Shown here in pieces: positions 9,905-20,241 of a stretch of 42,564 nucleotides of DNA; within the stretch, counting starts at the first letter, position 1, and each line of letters begins with the position of its first letter. The DNA is from an uncultured Verrucomicrobiales bacterium (GTDB taxonomy: Bacteria; Verrucomicrobiota; Verrucomicrobiia; Verrucomicrobiales; DEV007). The stretch lies in NCBI GenBank assembly GCA_938091905.1, contig CALKOM010000202.1, positions 1 through 42,564 on the forward strand, in the 5' to 3' direction. The notes below the pieces were generated by a model that was not told the origin of the DNA, ran no database searches, and saw only the letters and a program-made list of their open reading frames with translations. The translations under genes and the position numbers were made by a program.

Positions 9905-10588
9905 ATCGCTAAACCGAAACGCAAGTACCGTCCCCGCTACAGGGACATGACTCGAGTCAATGAACGGATTCGCGCACACCGCGTCCGAGTCATTGTCGGC
10001 TCTACCAATGAACAGCTAGGAGTATTGCCAACCCAAGATGCCATCGCCGAAGCGAAGCGCCGAGGGCTTGATCTCGTTGAGGTCGCTGCCAAGGCTGATC
10101 CTCCAGTCTGCAAGATTGTCGACTACGGTAAGTATAAATACGAGCAGTCAAAGCTGAAGAAAGCGAGTGGCGCAAAACCCGCTCCAAAGCTGAAGGAAGT
10201 GAAGTTCCGTGTTCGAACGGATCCTCATGACTACAACATCAAGTTGTCGCATGCTGAAGACTTCCTTGAGGCTGGCAACAAAGTCAGGATTCAGTTGCAG
10301 TTTCGTGGCCGCGAGAACGCTCACCACAATGTTGGCTTCGAGGTCATGCAGCGTATCAAAGGTGATTTGCTGACAATGGGGCACGTCGACATGGAACCCA
10401 AGCTGGCAGGACGTCAAATTACCATGATGCTGTCTCCTCTTCCGGAACATGCACGACAACGCAGGTTTAAACTCTCCCATGGAAAGCTCATTGAAGAAGA
10501 TGACTTCGATGAGGAAGAAGAGGACAGCGCTGCCGAAGCAAATGAGGGCGACAGCACTGAGAGCGTCAAGGAAGAAGCAGAGTCCTAA
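9905..10588 (+). CDS. infC: Translation initiation factor IF-3, probable non-canonical ATC start
   Basis: RVNERIR, GLDLVEVA..ADPPVCKIVDYGKYKYE, KEVKFR, FRGRE; follows thrS. In-frame ATC at 9905 (IAKPKRKYRPRY); alternative ATG at 9947. Acidic C-terminal tail. Confidence 0.95.
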   Translation: MAKPKRKYRPRYRDMTRVNERIRAHRVRVIVGSTNEQLGVLPTQDAIAEAKRRGLDLVEVAAKADPPVCKIVDYGKYKYEQSKLKKASGAKPAPKLKEVKFRVRTDPHDYNIKLSHAEDFLEAGNKVRIQLQFRGRENAHHNVGFEVMQRIKGDLLTMGHVDMEPKLAGRQITMMLSPLPEHARQRRFKLSHGKLIEEDDFDEEEEDSAAEANEGDSTESVKEEAES

Positions 10589-10614
10589 CCGCTGACACCG
10601 GTGACCGAACGGTC

Positions 10615-11283
10615 ATGAATCGCGACCCTGCCAGCAGCAAGATTCAGGAGATGCGCCAGCGCTACGAACGCGCAGGTTTACGCAAGGCTGATCTCGCAGA
10701 ATGCCCAATTGCTCAGTTTCAAGCCTGGTTTAGTGAGATCACCGAAGCCGAGGGCACTCTAGAGCCGAACGCCATGACGTTGGCCACGGCTGACAAGGAC
10801 GGCATGCCCTCAGCTCGGACCGTTCTTCTAAAGGGAGGCCTTGATCGCGGTGCCTTCTGGTTCTTTAGCAATCACACGAGTAAGAAAGGCCAAGACCTGG
10901 CCGTCAATCCTCGCGCGGGGCTGGTCTTCCTCTGGAAGGAGTGGGAACGGCAGGTTTGTGTCCGAGGCAACGTCACCAAACTGCCGGAATCTGAAACCCA
11001 GGCCTATTTTCAATCTCGGCCGTATGAAAGCCAGATCGGGGCCTGGACATCTCGCCAAAGTGCCGAGATCCCTGATCGCGCTCACCTAGACGAGCGCGAT
11101 GCTCGACTTCGAGAGCGGTTTCCAGAAGGAAACGTTCCCTGTCCGGAATTCTGGGGTGGTTACGCCGTCCAGCCGCTCAGTATCGAGTTCTGGCAAGGCC
11201 GCCCAGGCCGCCTCCACGACCGGTTTCGTTATTACCGTGAAGGCCTGACAGCCCCCTGGACGTGCGTTCGCTTGTCCCCGTAA
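10615..11283 (+). CDS. pdxH: Pyridoxamine 5'-phosphate oxidase
   Basis: EPNAMTLATA, PSARTVLLKG, YFQSRP..SQIGAW.S.QS, WGGY, IEFWQGRPGRLHDRFRY, RLSP. Confidence 0.97.
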   Translation: MNRDPASSKIQEMRQRYERAGLRKADLAECPIAQFQAWFSEITEAEGTLEPNAMTLATADKDGMPSARTVLLKGGLDRGAFWFFSNHTSKKGQDLAVNPRAGLVFLWKEWERQVCVRGNVTKLPESETQAYFQSRPYESQIGAWTSRQSAEIPDRAHLDERDARLRERFPEGNVPCPEFWGGYAVQPLSIEFWQGRPGRLHDRFRYYREGLTAPWTCVRLSP

Positions 11284-11428
11284 AATCTAAGATTCTGAAA
11301 ATCATCAATTTCTTTGAAGAAAGATCGAACGCCTTTCCATGTGGATAGTCTAACTTTATGTAGCGTCTACTCAATGCCCTGAATGGGCGCTAGGATTGTT
11401 TCCTTGGTTAAAGTTGAGAGGAATCTCT

Positions 11429-11468
11429 AGGCCAGGTCGGCTCCTTACCGACCTGGTCTTTCCTTTTC
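11429..11468 (+). terminator. Rho-independent terminator
   Basis: aggccaggtcgg-ctcctta-ccgacctggtct stem (12 bp, one G-U) followed by ttcctttt. Confidence 0.8.
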
Positions 11469-11578
11469 GCAGGAAACTCCAATCATTTCCGTGGCCGGAT
11501 TGCCATAGCTGCCCTAGGCGATCTCCCTGAGTGGTCGATTGACACGAGTATGGTCAGGAAACGAGTAGTTCTTTATCT

Positions 11579-13534
11579 ATGAATCACATCGTCGTCGCAG
11601 GGTGCTCTTGCCTCGCTCTCCTAGGCACGGCAGTCGGAGAGCCCAACGAGAATGCAGAAGCCCGCTATCAGCAAGTCATTGACTACGTGAAGAAGAGCGC
11701 GGCCGAGGTGACCACCAATGCTCTCTCCGGAGTGAAAACCCTGGCTGATTGGAACGCAGTCCGAGCTCAGAAACATCGCGAGTTCCTTTACATGCTAGGA
11801 TTGGACCCAATGCCCGTCCGCACGGCGCTTGAGGCTAAGGTTACTGGAACCATCCATACCCCAAATTATCACATCGAGAACGTCGTCTTTCAAAGCTCGC
11901 CTAAGCTTTATGTCACCGGCAATTTGTACATCCCTCACAACGCGACGACTCCCCTACCAACCATTCTTTACGTGTGCGGCCATTCACCACATCCGCTCGG
12001 GGCCAAGTACCAATACCAAGACCGCGCACAGTGGTATGCAGAGAACGGCTATGCGTGCTTCATCATCGATACGTTGGAGTTTGGCGAAGTAGCAGGAATT
12101 CACCACGGGCTCCACAATCTCAATATGTGGCAATGGATCTCCGCAGGATACACGCCAGCAGGAATCGAGGTCTGGAACGCCATGCGAGCCATCGACTATT
12201 TGGAAACTCGTGAGGAAGTCGACCAGACACGCATTGGAATCACGGGAATCTCAGGAGGCGGAGCCATCAGCTGGTTCTCGGCAGCCGCAGATGATCGCAT
12301 CGCGGTTGCGGTGCCAGTTTGCGGAACCTTTACCTACGGCTCTCAAGCTAAGAACTGGCTCGCTGATGGTCAATGTGACTGCATCTATTTCAACAACACC
12401 TATCAAAGTGATCTAAGCATCATGGGAGCGCTGATTGCACCACGCCCACTCATGACGTGCAGTGGAATAAAGGATTCTATCTTCCCACCAGACGGCTACC
12501 ATGAGGTGCACCGGCAAGTGAAACCGCTGTACGACCTGCACGGTGTGGATGGCATCAGAAATATCGACGACGATGTACCCCACCAGGACAGCCCGAAACT
12601 AAGACAAGAAACCCGTCAGTGGTTTAATCGTTGGTTCATGAACGACACGACACCCGTGGACCGTGTTCCCAACCCAGAGAATAAGCGTCACACGGCAGAA
12701 GAACTTGCGTGCCTCAAGACAATACCATGGGACGCCGCTAATTTCAGCGCGCATGATCACTTCGTTACCCGCAAAGAACTAGCGGAACCCACGAAGAAGG
12801 AAGAACTACTTGCTGAGTTGCACGACAAGACGTTTCGCTGGTTTCCGGAGCAATCCATTCCCTTTGAACCCATTCCCAACGGCGGGCATGGCGGATGGAT
12901 GGATCGCTACGGCGAGTATGATGACTTTCAGATTCATTCGGAAGCGAATGTCCGCATTCGCGTGCAGATCGTCAGAGCACGAAACCGGACACCGAACACA
13001 CCGCTGCTTGTTTACCTCAAACGCCCTGAAGACACCTTGTCCGCAGTCGATGTCGATGAGCTCTTAGCGGTTCTTGGGCACAGTGACGTCGCCATGGTGA
13101 ATCCTCGCCTCACCGATCATCAGATCGATCACCAAGAATGGACCAACATCGAACGAACTGCGGTTTGGTCAGGACGCACCATTGCCGCCATGCAAGTATG
13201 GGATGTGCTTCGAGCGACGAAATGGTTGGCAGAAGAACTGAAGACGGAAAGTCGCCCCATCGTGCTCTTTGCGAAATCAGAAATGGCCGTACCTGCGCTC
13301 TACGCGACGCTCCTGGCACCTGAGATTTCACAGGTGATTGTACGTGACCTGCACACCTCCCACGACCAAGCGCCCCCGTTGCTGAATGTTCTCCGTTTCA
13401 CCGACATCCCAGAAGTGGGCGCGGTCATGGGCTCTCGGCTTTGCTTTCTAGGCGCCCGCCCTCCTGGGTTTTCGCTTGCATCGGAAGCCAGAAGCCTTCC
13501 GACAGCGCTCTTCGAGAAGTTGTCTCCCCGATAG
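11579..13534 (+). CDS. Secreted alpha/beta-hydrolase (acetylxylan esterase/dienelactone hydrolase-like) with a degenerate second hydrolase domain
   Basis: Signal peptide; YVTGNLY.P, LYVCGH, NAMRAIDYL..R.EVD..RIGITGISGGG (nucleophile elbow), ALIAPRPL. The second domain has GRTIAAMQVWDV but no GxSxG. Confidence 0.85.
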   Translation: MNHIVVAGCSCLALLGTAVGEPNENAEARYQQVIDYVKKSAAEVTTNALSGVKTLADWNAVRAQKHREFLYMLGLDPMPVRTALEAKVTGTIHTPNYHIENVVFQSSPKLYVTGNLYIPHNATTPLPTILYVCGHSPHPLGAKYQYQDRAQWYAENGYACFIIDTLEFGEVAGIHHGLHNLNMWQWISAGYTPAGIEVWNAMRAIDYLETREEVDQTRIGITGISGGGAISWFSAAADDRIAVAVPVCGTFTYGSQAKNWLADGQCDCIYFNNTYQSDLSIMGALIAPRPLMTCSGIKDSIFPPDGYHEVHRQVKPLYDLHGVDGIRNIDDDVPHQDSPKLRQETRQWFNRWFMNDTTPVDRVPNPENKRHTAEELACLKTIPWDAANFSAHDHFVTRKELAEPTKKEELLAELHDKTFRWFPEQSIPFEPIPNGGHGGWMDRYGEYDDFQIHSEANVRIRVQIVRARNRTPNTPLLVYLKRPEDTLSAVDVDELLAVLGHSDVAMVNPRLTDHQIDHQEWTNIERTAVWSGRTIAAMQVWDVLRATKWLAEELKTESRPIVLFAKSEMAVPALYATLLAPEISQVIVRDLHTSHDQAPPLLNVLRFTDIPEVGAVMGSRLCFLGARPPGFSLASEARSLPTALFEKLSPR

Positions 13535-13686
13535 GAGCGGTCGCGGTAGACTGAACGCACTCTCCTTCCCTACCCCGATTGCACGGCCATCGCTGCGCGA
13601 CTATGTTACTGTGAACGTTGCGGATTCCTCTTCGCCTTGGCGGATATGGTCTCGGCTATCACGTATTTAAATTCCCCCCCCCGATC

Positions 13687-16600
13687 ATGAAACAGCGCCT
13701 TTCCCTACCCCTAGGTGTCCTATTCATTGCGACGACCTTACAGATCCAAAGCCAGACCATTCACATCAACGAGATTCTGGCTGCCAATGTCATCAATTCT
13801 CCAGACAACGTCGACTTCGATGACTACTCCGATTGGATTGAACTCGCGAATCCCTCTGACGAAACAGTTTCGCTAGATGGCTACTATCTCTCAGATGATC
13901 CTGACAATCCGCTGAAGTGGGCCGTTCCCGCCGGTGCCGAGATTTCGGCCAACGGCTTCCTTGTCATTCGCGCTGACGGATTCGATGCCGGTCCTGAACA
14001 AGTCTTTCGCCGTGAATACTCTCCCTGGAGCAACTTCAGAACAACGTCCTACCACACCAATTTTAAACTCGACGAAGAAGGGGAAACAGTAAGCCTGGCT
14101 CGCGTAGACAGCACTCAGTTTGGAGATGTGGATATCGTATCACTTGGTTCAATGTGGCGATTCCTGGACGACGGCGGCAACCCTGGCCCATTGTGGGCAG
14201 AACCAGGTTTCGACGATGCAGATTGGTCGGAAGGGCCCGCGCAACTGGGCTATGGAGAAAGTGATGAGACAACGATCATCAGCTATGGACCAGACGACGA
14301 CGACAAGTTTCCCACCACCTACTTCCGCACCCGTTTCGAAGAGAAGTCACCAGACAGCCTCACCAACGTTAAACTCCGAATGCTAGCAGATGACGGCGCG
14401 GTCGCCTTTCTTAATGGCGTCGAGATTGGTCGCTTCCGCATGGATCCTGGCACCACAAGTTACTTGTCCTACGCGGCAGACAATTCGTCTGAGGGCCAGT
14501 TCGATGTCATCAGCCTCACGCCAGATCAGCTTCGACCTGGCACCAACGTCTTGGCGGTTGAAGTGCATCAGGTAGATGCAGACAGCTCTGATATCAGCTT
14601 TGACCTGGAACTTGTCGCTACTCGCGTTCCCGATCGTTTCGAGCAAATCGATGAGGTCAACTTCGGGATACAGACCTCTGACGTGTCCTATGGTCGAGAC
14701 GCCGACGGCCAATGGACACTCTTCGGCGAGCCAACGCCAGGGAGTGCGAACTCTGCTTTCAACACAGCCGATTCAATTTCTACAAGCGCTGTTTCATTCA
14801 ACACCTCTGGAGGGTTCTTCCTCAACGAAGAAGAACTCCACCTAACGACAGAAGATCCTACGGCATCAATTCACTACACGCTCGATGGCTCCTGGCCGAC
14901 CTCGCGGTCCTTGGTCTATGAAAACCCGATAACTATCAGTACCACCACAGTCGTACGCGCACGCTCATTTGCACCAAACAAAGTTCCCGGAGAAATCTCT
15001 ACCCACACCTATTTCATCAATGCACCCGTTCACGAGATGCCGATCATCTCGCTCGCGGTCGATCCTGAGATCTTCTTCGGAGAGACGCTTGGCGTCTATG
15101 CGAACGTGCATAAAGGCCGCGAGGCGCCGCTGAATCTCGCCTACTACGAACCAAATGAAAAGCTGCAGTTCCAAGTGAACGCCGGCGTCAAGATTGGCGG
15201 AGAGAACATCTGGAGATTTGCGCAGAAACCGTTGAATATCTCGCTTCGCGGCAAGTACGGTGACGATGCGATTGCGTATCAACTATTTCCCGATCTGCGA
15301 ATGGCCAACTTTAGCCGCTTTGGACTACGCAACGGTGGCGACAATTGGGATGATGCTATGCTCCGCGATGCCATCACACCACGGATCATGCACGGCCAGA
15401 TGGCCAATGACGTGGAGGATTACCAGCCCGTCGTCGTGTATATCAACGGTCGCTACTGGGGTATTCACAATTTGCGATCTTCGTTAGACCCAAATTACTT
15501 TGCTTCAAGGCATCAGGTGGATCCTGACAACTACGACCACCTAGAATACGGCCACATCACGAGTGGCGCGGTGACCTTGGGTGTCAAGGAAGGCAACACG
15601 GACGACTACCTTGCTTTAGAAGAGTATGCTGCGACAAACGACCTCAGCGATCCCGTGCACTATGCACACATGGAATCGCAAATGGACATGGAGAGCTTCA
15701 TGGATTTCGTCTGCATCGAGGATTTCGTTTACAATAGCAGTTGGCGCCACAACCGGGAATTCTGGCGCGAGCGCAAGGACGGGGCCAAGTGGCGCTGGAT
15801 CGTGCCCGATCTTGATCGCGGGCTCAATACCTCGAATCAGACATCCTCACTGTTAGATAATTTCGCAAGAGACTTCGACCTCTTTGGCGATCTCATGGCC
15901 AATGCCACCTTCAAAAATAAGCTGGCACAACGCTATGCCACTCATCTGAGCAGCACCTTTCACCCTGACCGCATCGCCGATATCGTTGACGACGCCAATA
16001 CCGAAGTCCTCAACGAAGTATCGAGACACATCGATCGCTGGCTAGATGAGGATGGCATCTCTTCCCTCGAAGACCGTCAGGAGGAGATAGACGAAATCAA
16101 GGAGTTCGCCCGAGATCGAGCACCGCACGTGTATTCAGACTTCCAAGACAATTTCGGCCTGCCAGGCACGGTCGACATGACCATCGAGGTGGCACCTACC
16201 AACGGTGGACAAGTTCTGCTCAACGACGTGCCATTGTTGCCGAACTATGATTCTACGATTGAACTGTTAGAGGGCCTACCATCTGAGGCCACGGCGATCG
16301 CCGCGCCCGGTTACGAATTCGTGGAGTGGAGCACTGGCGAAACAACCACCAGCATAGACGTGTCGACAGACGTTTCGTGGATTCTCACTGCTACCTTTCG
16401 CCAGATTGATGAGAGCGTTCTTCCTCCGATCATCGAACGCGATCTCACGCTAAACCCTAATTCAGTCTACACCGCAAACGGTCATGTCATCGTTCCCGAA
16501 GGAGTAACCCTCACCATTCCCGAGGGAGCGATCCTCCGCATGCCTCCTCTCGGAGACCTCAGAGTGTCTGGTCGTCTTGAAATGAATGGCACCGATCTGA

Positions 16601-18828
16601 ATCCAATCCTAGTCGAGTCACACAGAGCGTCTGAACGCTGGGGCTCGATCGCTATCGTCGACGGTGAGGGTGTTAGCCAATTGAGCCATGTAGTCCTGCG
16701 GGGTGGCTCCCTTGGAAGCAATCCAGCGCTAGAGCGTGGGACAATTTCCATCGTGCGATCAGAGGTCGAGATGGATCATTTGGATATTGATCAGGGGCTG
16801 ATTCCAATCTTTGGCTGGGAATCAACGGTCTCTCTCCGCTCTAGCAGAATTCACACACTTCACACCGGCGATGGAATTAATGTTAAACACGGCGAAGGCT
16901 TGGTCGAGGACTGCACCTTCCCTGGAAATACTGAACGAGACACGGACGCGATCGACTTCGATGATGTGACCAATGGAATCATACGCAACAATCGCATCTA
17001 TGCGTTTCGAGGCCCTAACAGTGACGGAATTGATGTTGGTGAAGGCTGTGTTGATTTGCTTGTCACGGGCAACCGCATCTTCAACAACTCGGACAAAGGC
17101 ATCTCGGTCGGTCAAGGATCCACCGTACGCATTGAGCGCAATCTGATTGTTGGATGCGCCCAAGGCATCGGCATCAAAGACACCGGCTCCACAGCATGGA
17201 TCAATCACAACTCCTTCGCCCAGTGCGATGTTGGGGTCGCTGTGTTTGAGAAGAACCTCGGTGCTGGCGGCGGCATTGCCGAGGTTACCAACAGTATCTT
17301 CTACCGGTCCAAAGATGCGCCTGCCACCGTTGATTCCCTTTCGCTACTGACGATCTCTGATTCCTTGTCGGATACCATACCGTTGCTCGGCGCAAGCAAT
17401 CGAATGGGAGACCCAGAGTTTACAGATCCTGGCATCTACGACTTCTCTCTCAAGCCTGCCTCCCCATACCAAGCTCTCGGAGCTGGATATGTTTATGATC
17501 CAAGCGACTATCCGTTTCATGTGCCAAACGTCATAGTGATCAACGAAATCCTCAGCCACTCCGAAAACGGCACGCCCGACTGGATCGAATTGCATAACAC
17601 CAGTGGCAACCCGTTTGACCTCAGCGGCTGGTTTCTGAGCGATGCCAAATCCAATCTACGCAAATACGAAATCGCTGATGGGACAACGATTCCAGCGAAT
17701 GGCTACGTGGTGTTCTACGAGAACGAGACCTTCGGGGAAACAAGCGAAGATCCTGGCAGGCACATTCCCTTTGCTCTCAATGAGAATGGCGAAACTGTTT
17801 ACCTCTTTGGTCCGGGTAACGAGGTCTTGTTAGACTACGTTGTAGAAGAATCGTTCGGCCCCTCCCCTGCACGTGTAAGTAAAGGTCGCTATCTCAAGAG
17901 CACCCAGACCTACAACTTCGTCGCCATGAGCGAGCCCACTCCGGGCGAGACAAACAGCACTCCAGTCGTCGGGCCGATTGTGATCAGTGAGATCATGTAT
18001 CGCCCGAGTGTAGATGGGGATGCAGAGTATCTCGAACTGGTCAACATCAGTAACGAATCAGTCACGCTCTACGACACACTCAAAGAAACACCCTGGCGAT
18101 TCACTGACGGCATTGTCTTTGACTTTCCATCACTCGCCCCGATCTCGATCGGGGCCGGAGAGCGCCTCCTTCTCGTGAGAAACGAAGCCGCGTTCCGTGC
18201 ACGTTTCCCAAACACTCCAGAAACGACGCTCGTCCTTTCATGGCAAGATTCCGGTCTGAGCAACGGCGGAGAACGCATCGAACTGTCTCGTCCAGGCGAT
18301 GTCGACGAGCTCGGAGTCAGGCAATGGGTGCGCGTCGACCGTGTAACCTATGGCGATAGCGTTCTTTGGCCTGCGGAAGCAGACGGCAATGGACTATCAC
18401 TTACACGCATCGAAACCTCAGCCTATGGAAACGATGTCATCAACTGGGAGGCGTCTCCTCCAACCCCGGGTACGGACAAGGGAAAACCCGACAGCTACGA
18501 CGCCTGGGCAAACGAAGAAGGAATCGGCCCCTTTGAGCAAGACGACGACGGAGATGGAATCCTCAACGGTCTTGAATATGCGTTAGGCTTGAATCCTGGT
18601 ATTCCCAGCGTGATGCCGACTACTCAGTTCATAATTTCCCAGGACAAGCTCGAGATACACATTCCCGTTGTGGAGCCCCGCACTGGTGTCAATTACAGTC
18701 TAGAGATCTCCACCGATTTGCTTAGCTGGCAGTCTGTTGAGACATCGATCAACGGGAGGGCCATTTCAACCACTATCGCAAGAACCGAATCCCCAACCCG
18801 ATTCGTCAGATTGAAAGTTAGCCAATAG
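13687..18828 (+). CDS. Large extracellular protein: lamin-tail domain, sugar-binding-like insert, chitobiase/Fn3-associated domain, CotH kinase-like domain, right-handed beta-helix, two further lamin-tail domains, verrucomicrobial-type C-terminal domain
   Basis: Likely start MKQRLSLPLG at 13687. INEILAAN..DWIELAN (LTD, three copies), IHYTLDGSWP, LRNGGDNW..MLRD, VYINGRYWGIHN, KWRWIVPDLDRG, DAIDFD/SDGIDVG/SDKGISVGQ, DDDGDGILNGLEYALGLNP..LEISTDLLSW..RFVRLKV. Confidence 0.88.
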   Translation: MKQRLSLPLGVLFIATTLQIQSQTIHINEILAANVINSPDNVDFDDYSDWIELANPSDETVSLDGYYLSDDPDNPLKWAVPAGAEISANGFLVIRADGFDAGPEQVFRREYSPWSNFRTTSYHTNFKLDEEGETVSLARVDSTQFGDVDIVSLGSMWRFLDDGGNPGPLWAEPGFDDADWSEGPAQLGYGESDETTIISYGPDDDDKFPTTYFRTRFEEKSPDSLTNVKLRMLADDGAVAFLNGVEIGRFRMDPGTTSYLSYAADNSSEGQFDVISLTPDQLRPGTNVLAVEVHQVDADSSDISFDLELVATRVPDRFEQIDEVNFGIQTSDVSYGRDADGQWTLFGEPTPGSANSAFNTADSISTSAVSFNTSGGFFLNEEELHLTTEDPTASIHYTLDGSWPTSRSLVYENPITISTTTVVRARSFAPNKVPGEISTHTYFINAPVHEMPIISLAVDPEIFFGETLGVYANVHKGREAPLNLAYYEPNEKLQFQVNAGVKIGGENIWRFAQKPLNISLRGKYGDDAIAYQLFPDLRMANFSRFGLRNGGDNWDDAMLRDAITPRIMHGQMANDVEDYQPVVVYINGRYWGIHNLRSSLDPNYFASRHQVDPDNYDHLEYGHITSGAVTLGVKEGNTDDYLALEEYAATNDLSDPVHYAHMESQMDMESFMDFVCIEDFVYNSSWRHNREFWRERKDGAKWRWIVPDLDRGLNTSNQTSSLLDNFARDFDLFGDLMANATFKNKLAQRYATHLSSTFHPDRIADIVDDANTEVLNEVSRHIDRWLDEDGISSLEDRQEEIDEIKEFARDRAPHVYSDFQDNFGLPGTVDMTIEVAPTNGGQVLLNDVPLLPNYDSTIELLEGLPSEATAIAAPGYEFVEWSTGETTTSIDVSTDVSWILTATFRQIDESVLPPIIERDLTLNPNSVYTANGHVIVPEGVTLTIPEGAILRMPPLGDLRVSGRLEMNGTDLNPILVESHRASERWGSIAIVDGEGVSQLSHVVLRGGSLGSNPALERGTISIVRSEVEMDHLDIDQGLIPIFGWESTVSLRSSRIHTLHTGDGINVKHGEGLVEDCTFPGNTERDTDAIDFDDVTNGIIRNNRIYAFRGPNSDGIDVGEGCVDLLVTGNRIFNNSDKGISVGQGSTVRIERNLIVGCAQGIGIKDTGSTAWINHNSFAQCDVGVAVFEKNLGAGGGIAEVTNSIFYRSKDAPATVDSLSLLTISDSLSDTIPLLGASNRMGDPEFTDPGIYDFSLKPASPYQALGAGYVYDPSDYPFHVPNVIVINEILSHSENGTPDWIELHNTSGNPFDLSGWFLSDAKSNLRKYEIADGTTIPANGYVVFYENETFGETSEDPGRHIPFALNENGETVYLFGPGNEVLLDYVVEESFGPSPARVSKGRYLKSTQTYNFVAMSEPTPGETNSTPVVGPIVISEIMYRPSVDGDAEYLELVNISNESVTLYDTLKETPWRFTDGIVFDFPSLAPISIGAGERLLLVRNEAAFRARFPNTPETTLVLSWQDSGLSNGGERIELSRPGDVDELGVRQWVRVDRVTYGDSVLWPAEADGNGLSLTRIETSAYGNDVINWEASPPTPGTDKGKPDSYDAWANEEGIGPFEQDDDGDGILNGLEYALGLNPGIPSVMPTTQFIISQDKLEIHIPVVEPRTGVNYSLEISTDLLSWQSVETSINGRAISTTIARTESPTRFVRLKVSQ

Positions 18829-18842
18829 CCATTTAGCTGACG

Positions 18843-20165
18843 CTAGTCTTTTGAGATCACCTTGGCTCCAACCTCGCCATCTCGAACTTTCAAAGTGATC
18901 TCGCGCCCCTTGCGCAATGAGTCGACTGAGCTAATTGGCTTGCCATTTCCGTCAAGGATCATGCTATAGCCTCGAACCAAGGTCTGTTCAGGGCCGAGAG
19001 CGCACAAATGCCGCTCTCGTGAAACTACCTGATCTTGGTGCCGGGTAAGTTGTTGTTTCAGTGCGAGAACCAAACGAGCTCGCTGAGCCGAGCAATGGGC
19101 CTGCAATCGCTCTACATGACCGAGCGGACAAAGGGATCGCAACGCTCGTCGATGAATCTGAAGTTGCGCTTCCCGATCCTTCATACCTGACTGAATCACA
19201 GCACCCAGCTCTACCGCACGATCATCCAACTGCTGGCTCAATTCGGCCAGGTACCTTAGAGGCCTTTGCATGGCGCCTCCGCGACGATACCACGTGAGTC
19301 GCTCATTGAGATACTCAAGACGACGACACACCAACTGATGCAATTGCCGACGCTTATCATCGAGAAAATGGCGGAGTTCATTCTGATCCGGCGTGATCAA
19401 TTCTGCAGCTGCGCTCGGAGTCGGCGCACGCATATCCGCGACGAAGTCGGCGATAGAGAAGTCTGTTTCGTGCCCCACCGCTGAGACTACAGGTATTGGA
19501 CACCCATCGATCGCCCGTGCCAGGGCCTCTTCATTGAAGGCCCAGAGGTCCTCCAGACTTCCCCCCCCCCGCGCCAGCACAATCGTGTCAATGTCAGTGC
19601 GATTACCGAGAGCATTCAATCCCTCAATGATCTCAAGATGAGCTCCATCGCCCTGCACGCGCACCGGAAAGATGAGAATCTCTACCCAAGGTGCGCGCCG
19701 CTGAAGAACCGATAGGAGATCTTGAATGACAGCACCCGTGGGCGAGGTGACGATTGCAAGACGGCGCGGGAACCTCGTGACTGCCTGTTTCCGTGAAGGA
19801 TCAAACAACCCTTCGTCCCTTAGCTTCTGTTTTAAGGCCTCGAAGCGTTCGTGAAGATTGCCAGCACCAATACTCTGTGCTTCTTTGACCACGAGCTGGT
19901 ATTGCCCTCGTGCCTCATAGAGACTAAGTTCTCCAAACAGACGCAGCTTCACACCATCTTTGATGGGCGTCCGATTGTTCCAAGCGCTTCCTCGAAAGAA
20001 GACACAGCTGAGCTGGGCCTTGGAATCCTTCAAGGTGAAATACTGGTGCCCTGATGCCTGCTTGCGATGATTGCTGACTTCGCCCTCGACCCACACCTCA
20101 CCAACATGCTCTTCTAACAAACCGCGAACCATTCGCGTGAGCTGGCTGACAGTGTTTATCTCCAT
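18843..20165 (-). CDS. xseA: Exodeoxyribonuclease VII large subunit
   Basis: VWVEGEVSN, SGHQYFTLKD, VTSPTGAVIQD, LARGGGSLEDLWAFNEE, SAVGHETDF, RAPTPSAAAE; likely ATG at 20165. Confidence 0.97.
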   Translation of the reverse strand: MEINTVSQLTRMVRGLLEEHVGEVWVEGEVSNHRKQASGHQYFTLKDSKAQLSCVFFRGSAWNNRTPIKDGVKLRLFGELSLYEARGQYQLVVKEAQSIGAGNLHERFEALKQKLRDEGLFDPSRKQAVTRFPRRLAIVTSPTGAVIQDLLSVLQRRAPWVEILIFPVRVQGDGAHLEIIEGLNALGNRTDIDTIVLARGGGSLEDLWAFNEEALARAIDGCPIPVVSAVGHETDFSIADFVADMRAPTPSAAAELITPDQNELRHFLDDKRRQLHQLVCRRLEYLNERLTWYRRGGAMQRPLRYLAELSQQLDDRAVELGAVIQSGMKDREAQLQIHRRALRSLCPLGHVERLQAHCSAQRARLVLALKQQLTRHQDQVVSRERHLCALGPEQTLVRGYSMILDGNGKPISSVDSLRKGREITLKVRDGEVGAKVISKD

Positions 20166-20241
20166 GGGATCATTTAGCACGCCCAAAGCGAGGCGTCCAA
20201 CCAAGCGTTTGTTTGACGAGCGGCCCTAGTCCCGGCAGGGT

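Noticed and set aside
19561..19570. C10 homopolymer (G10 on the coding strand) in xseA as a phase-variation tract
   Set aside because: It encodes the conserved RGGGS motif, the frame is intact, and xseA is a housekeeping gene.
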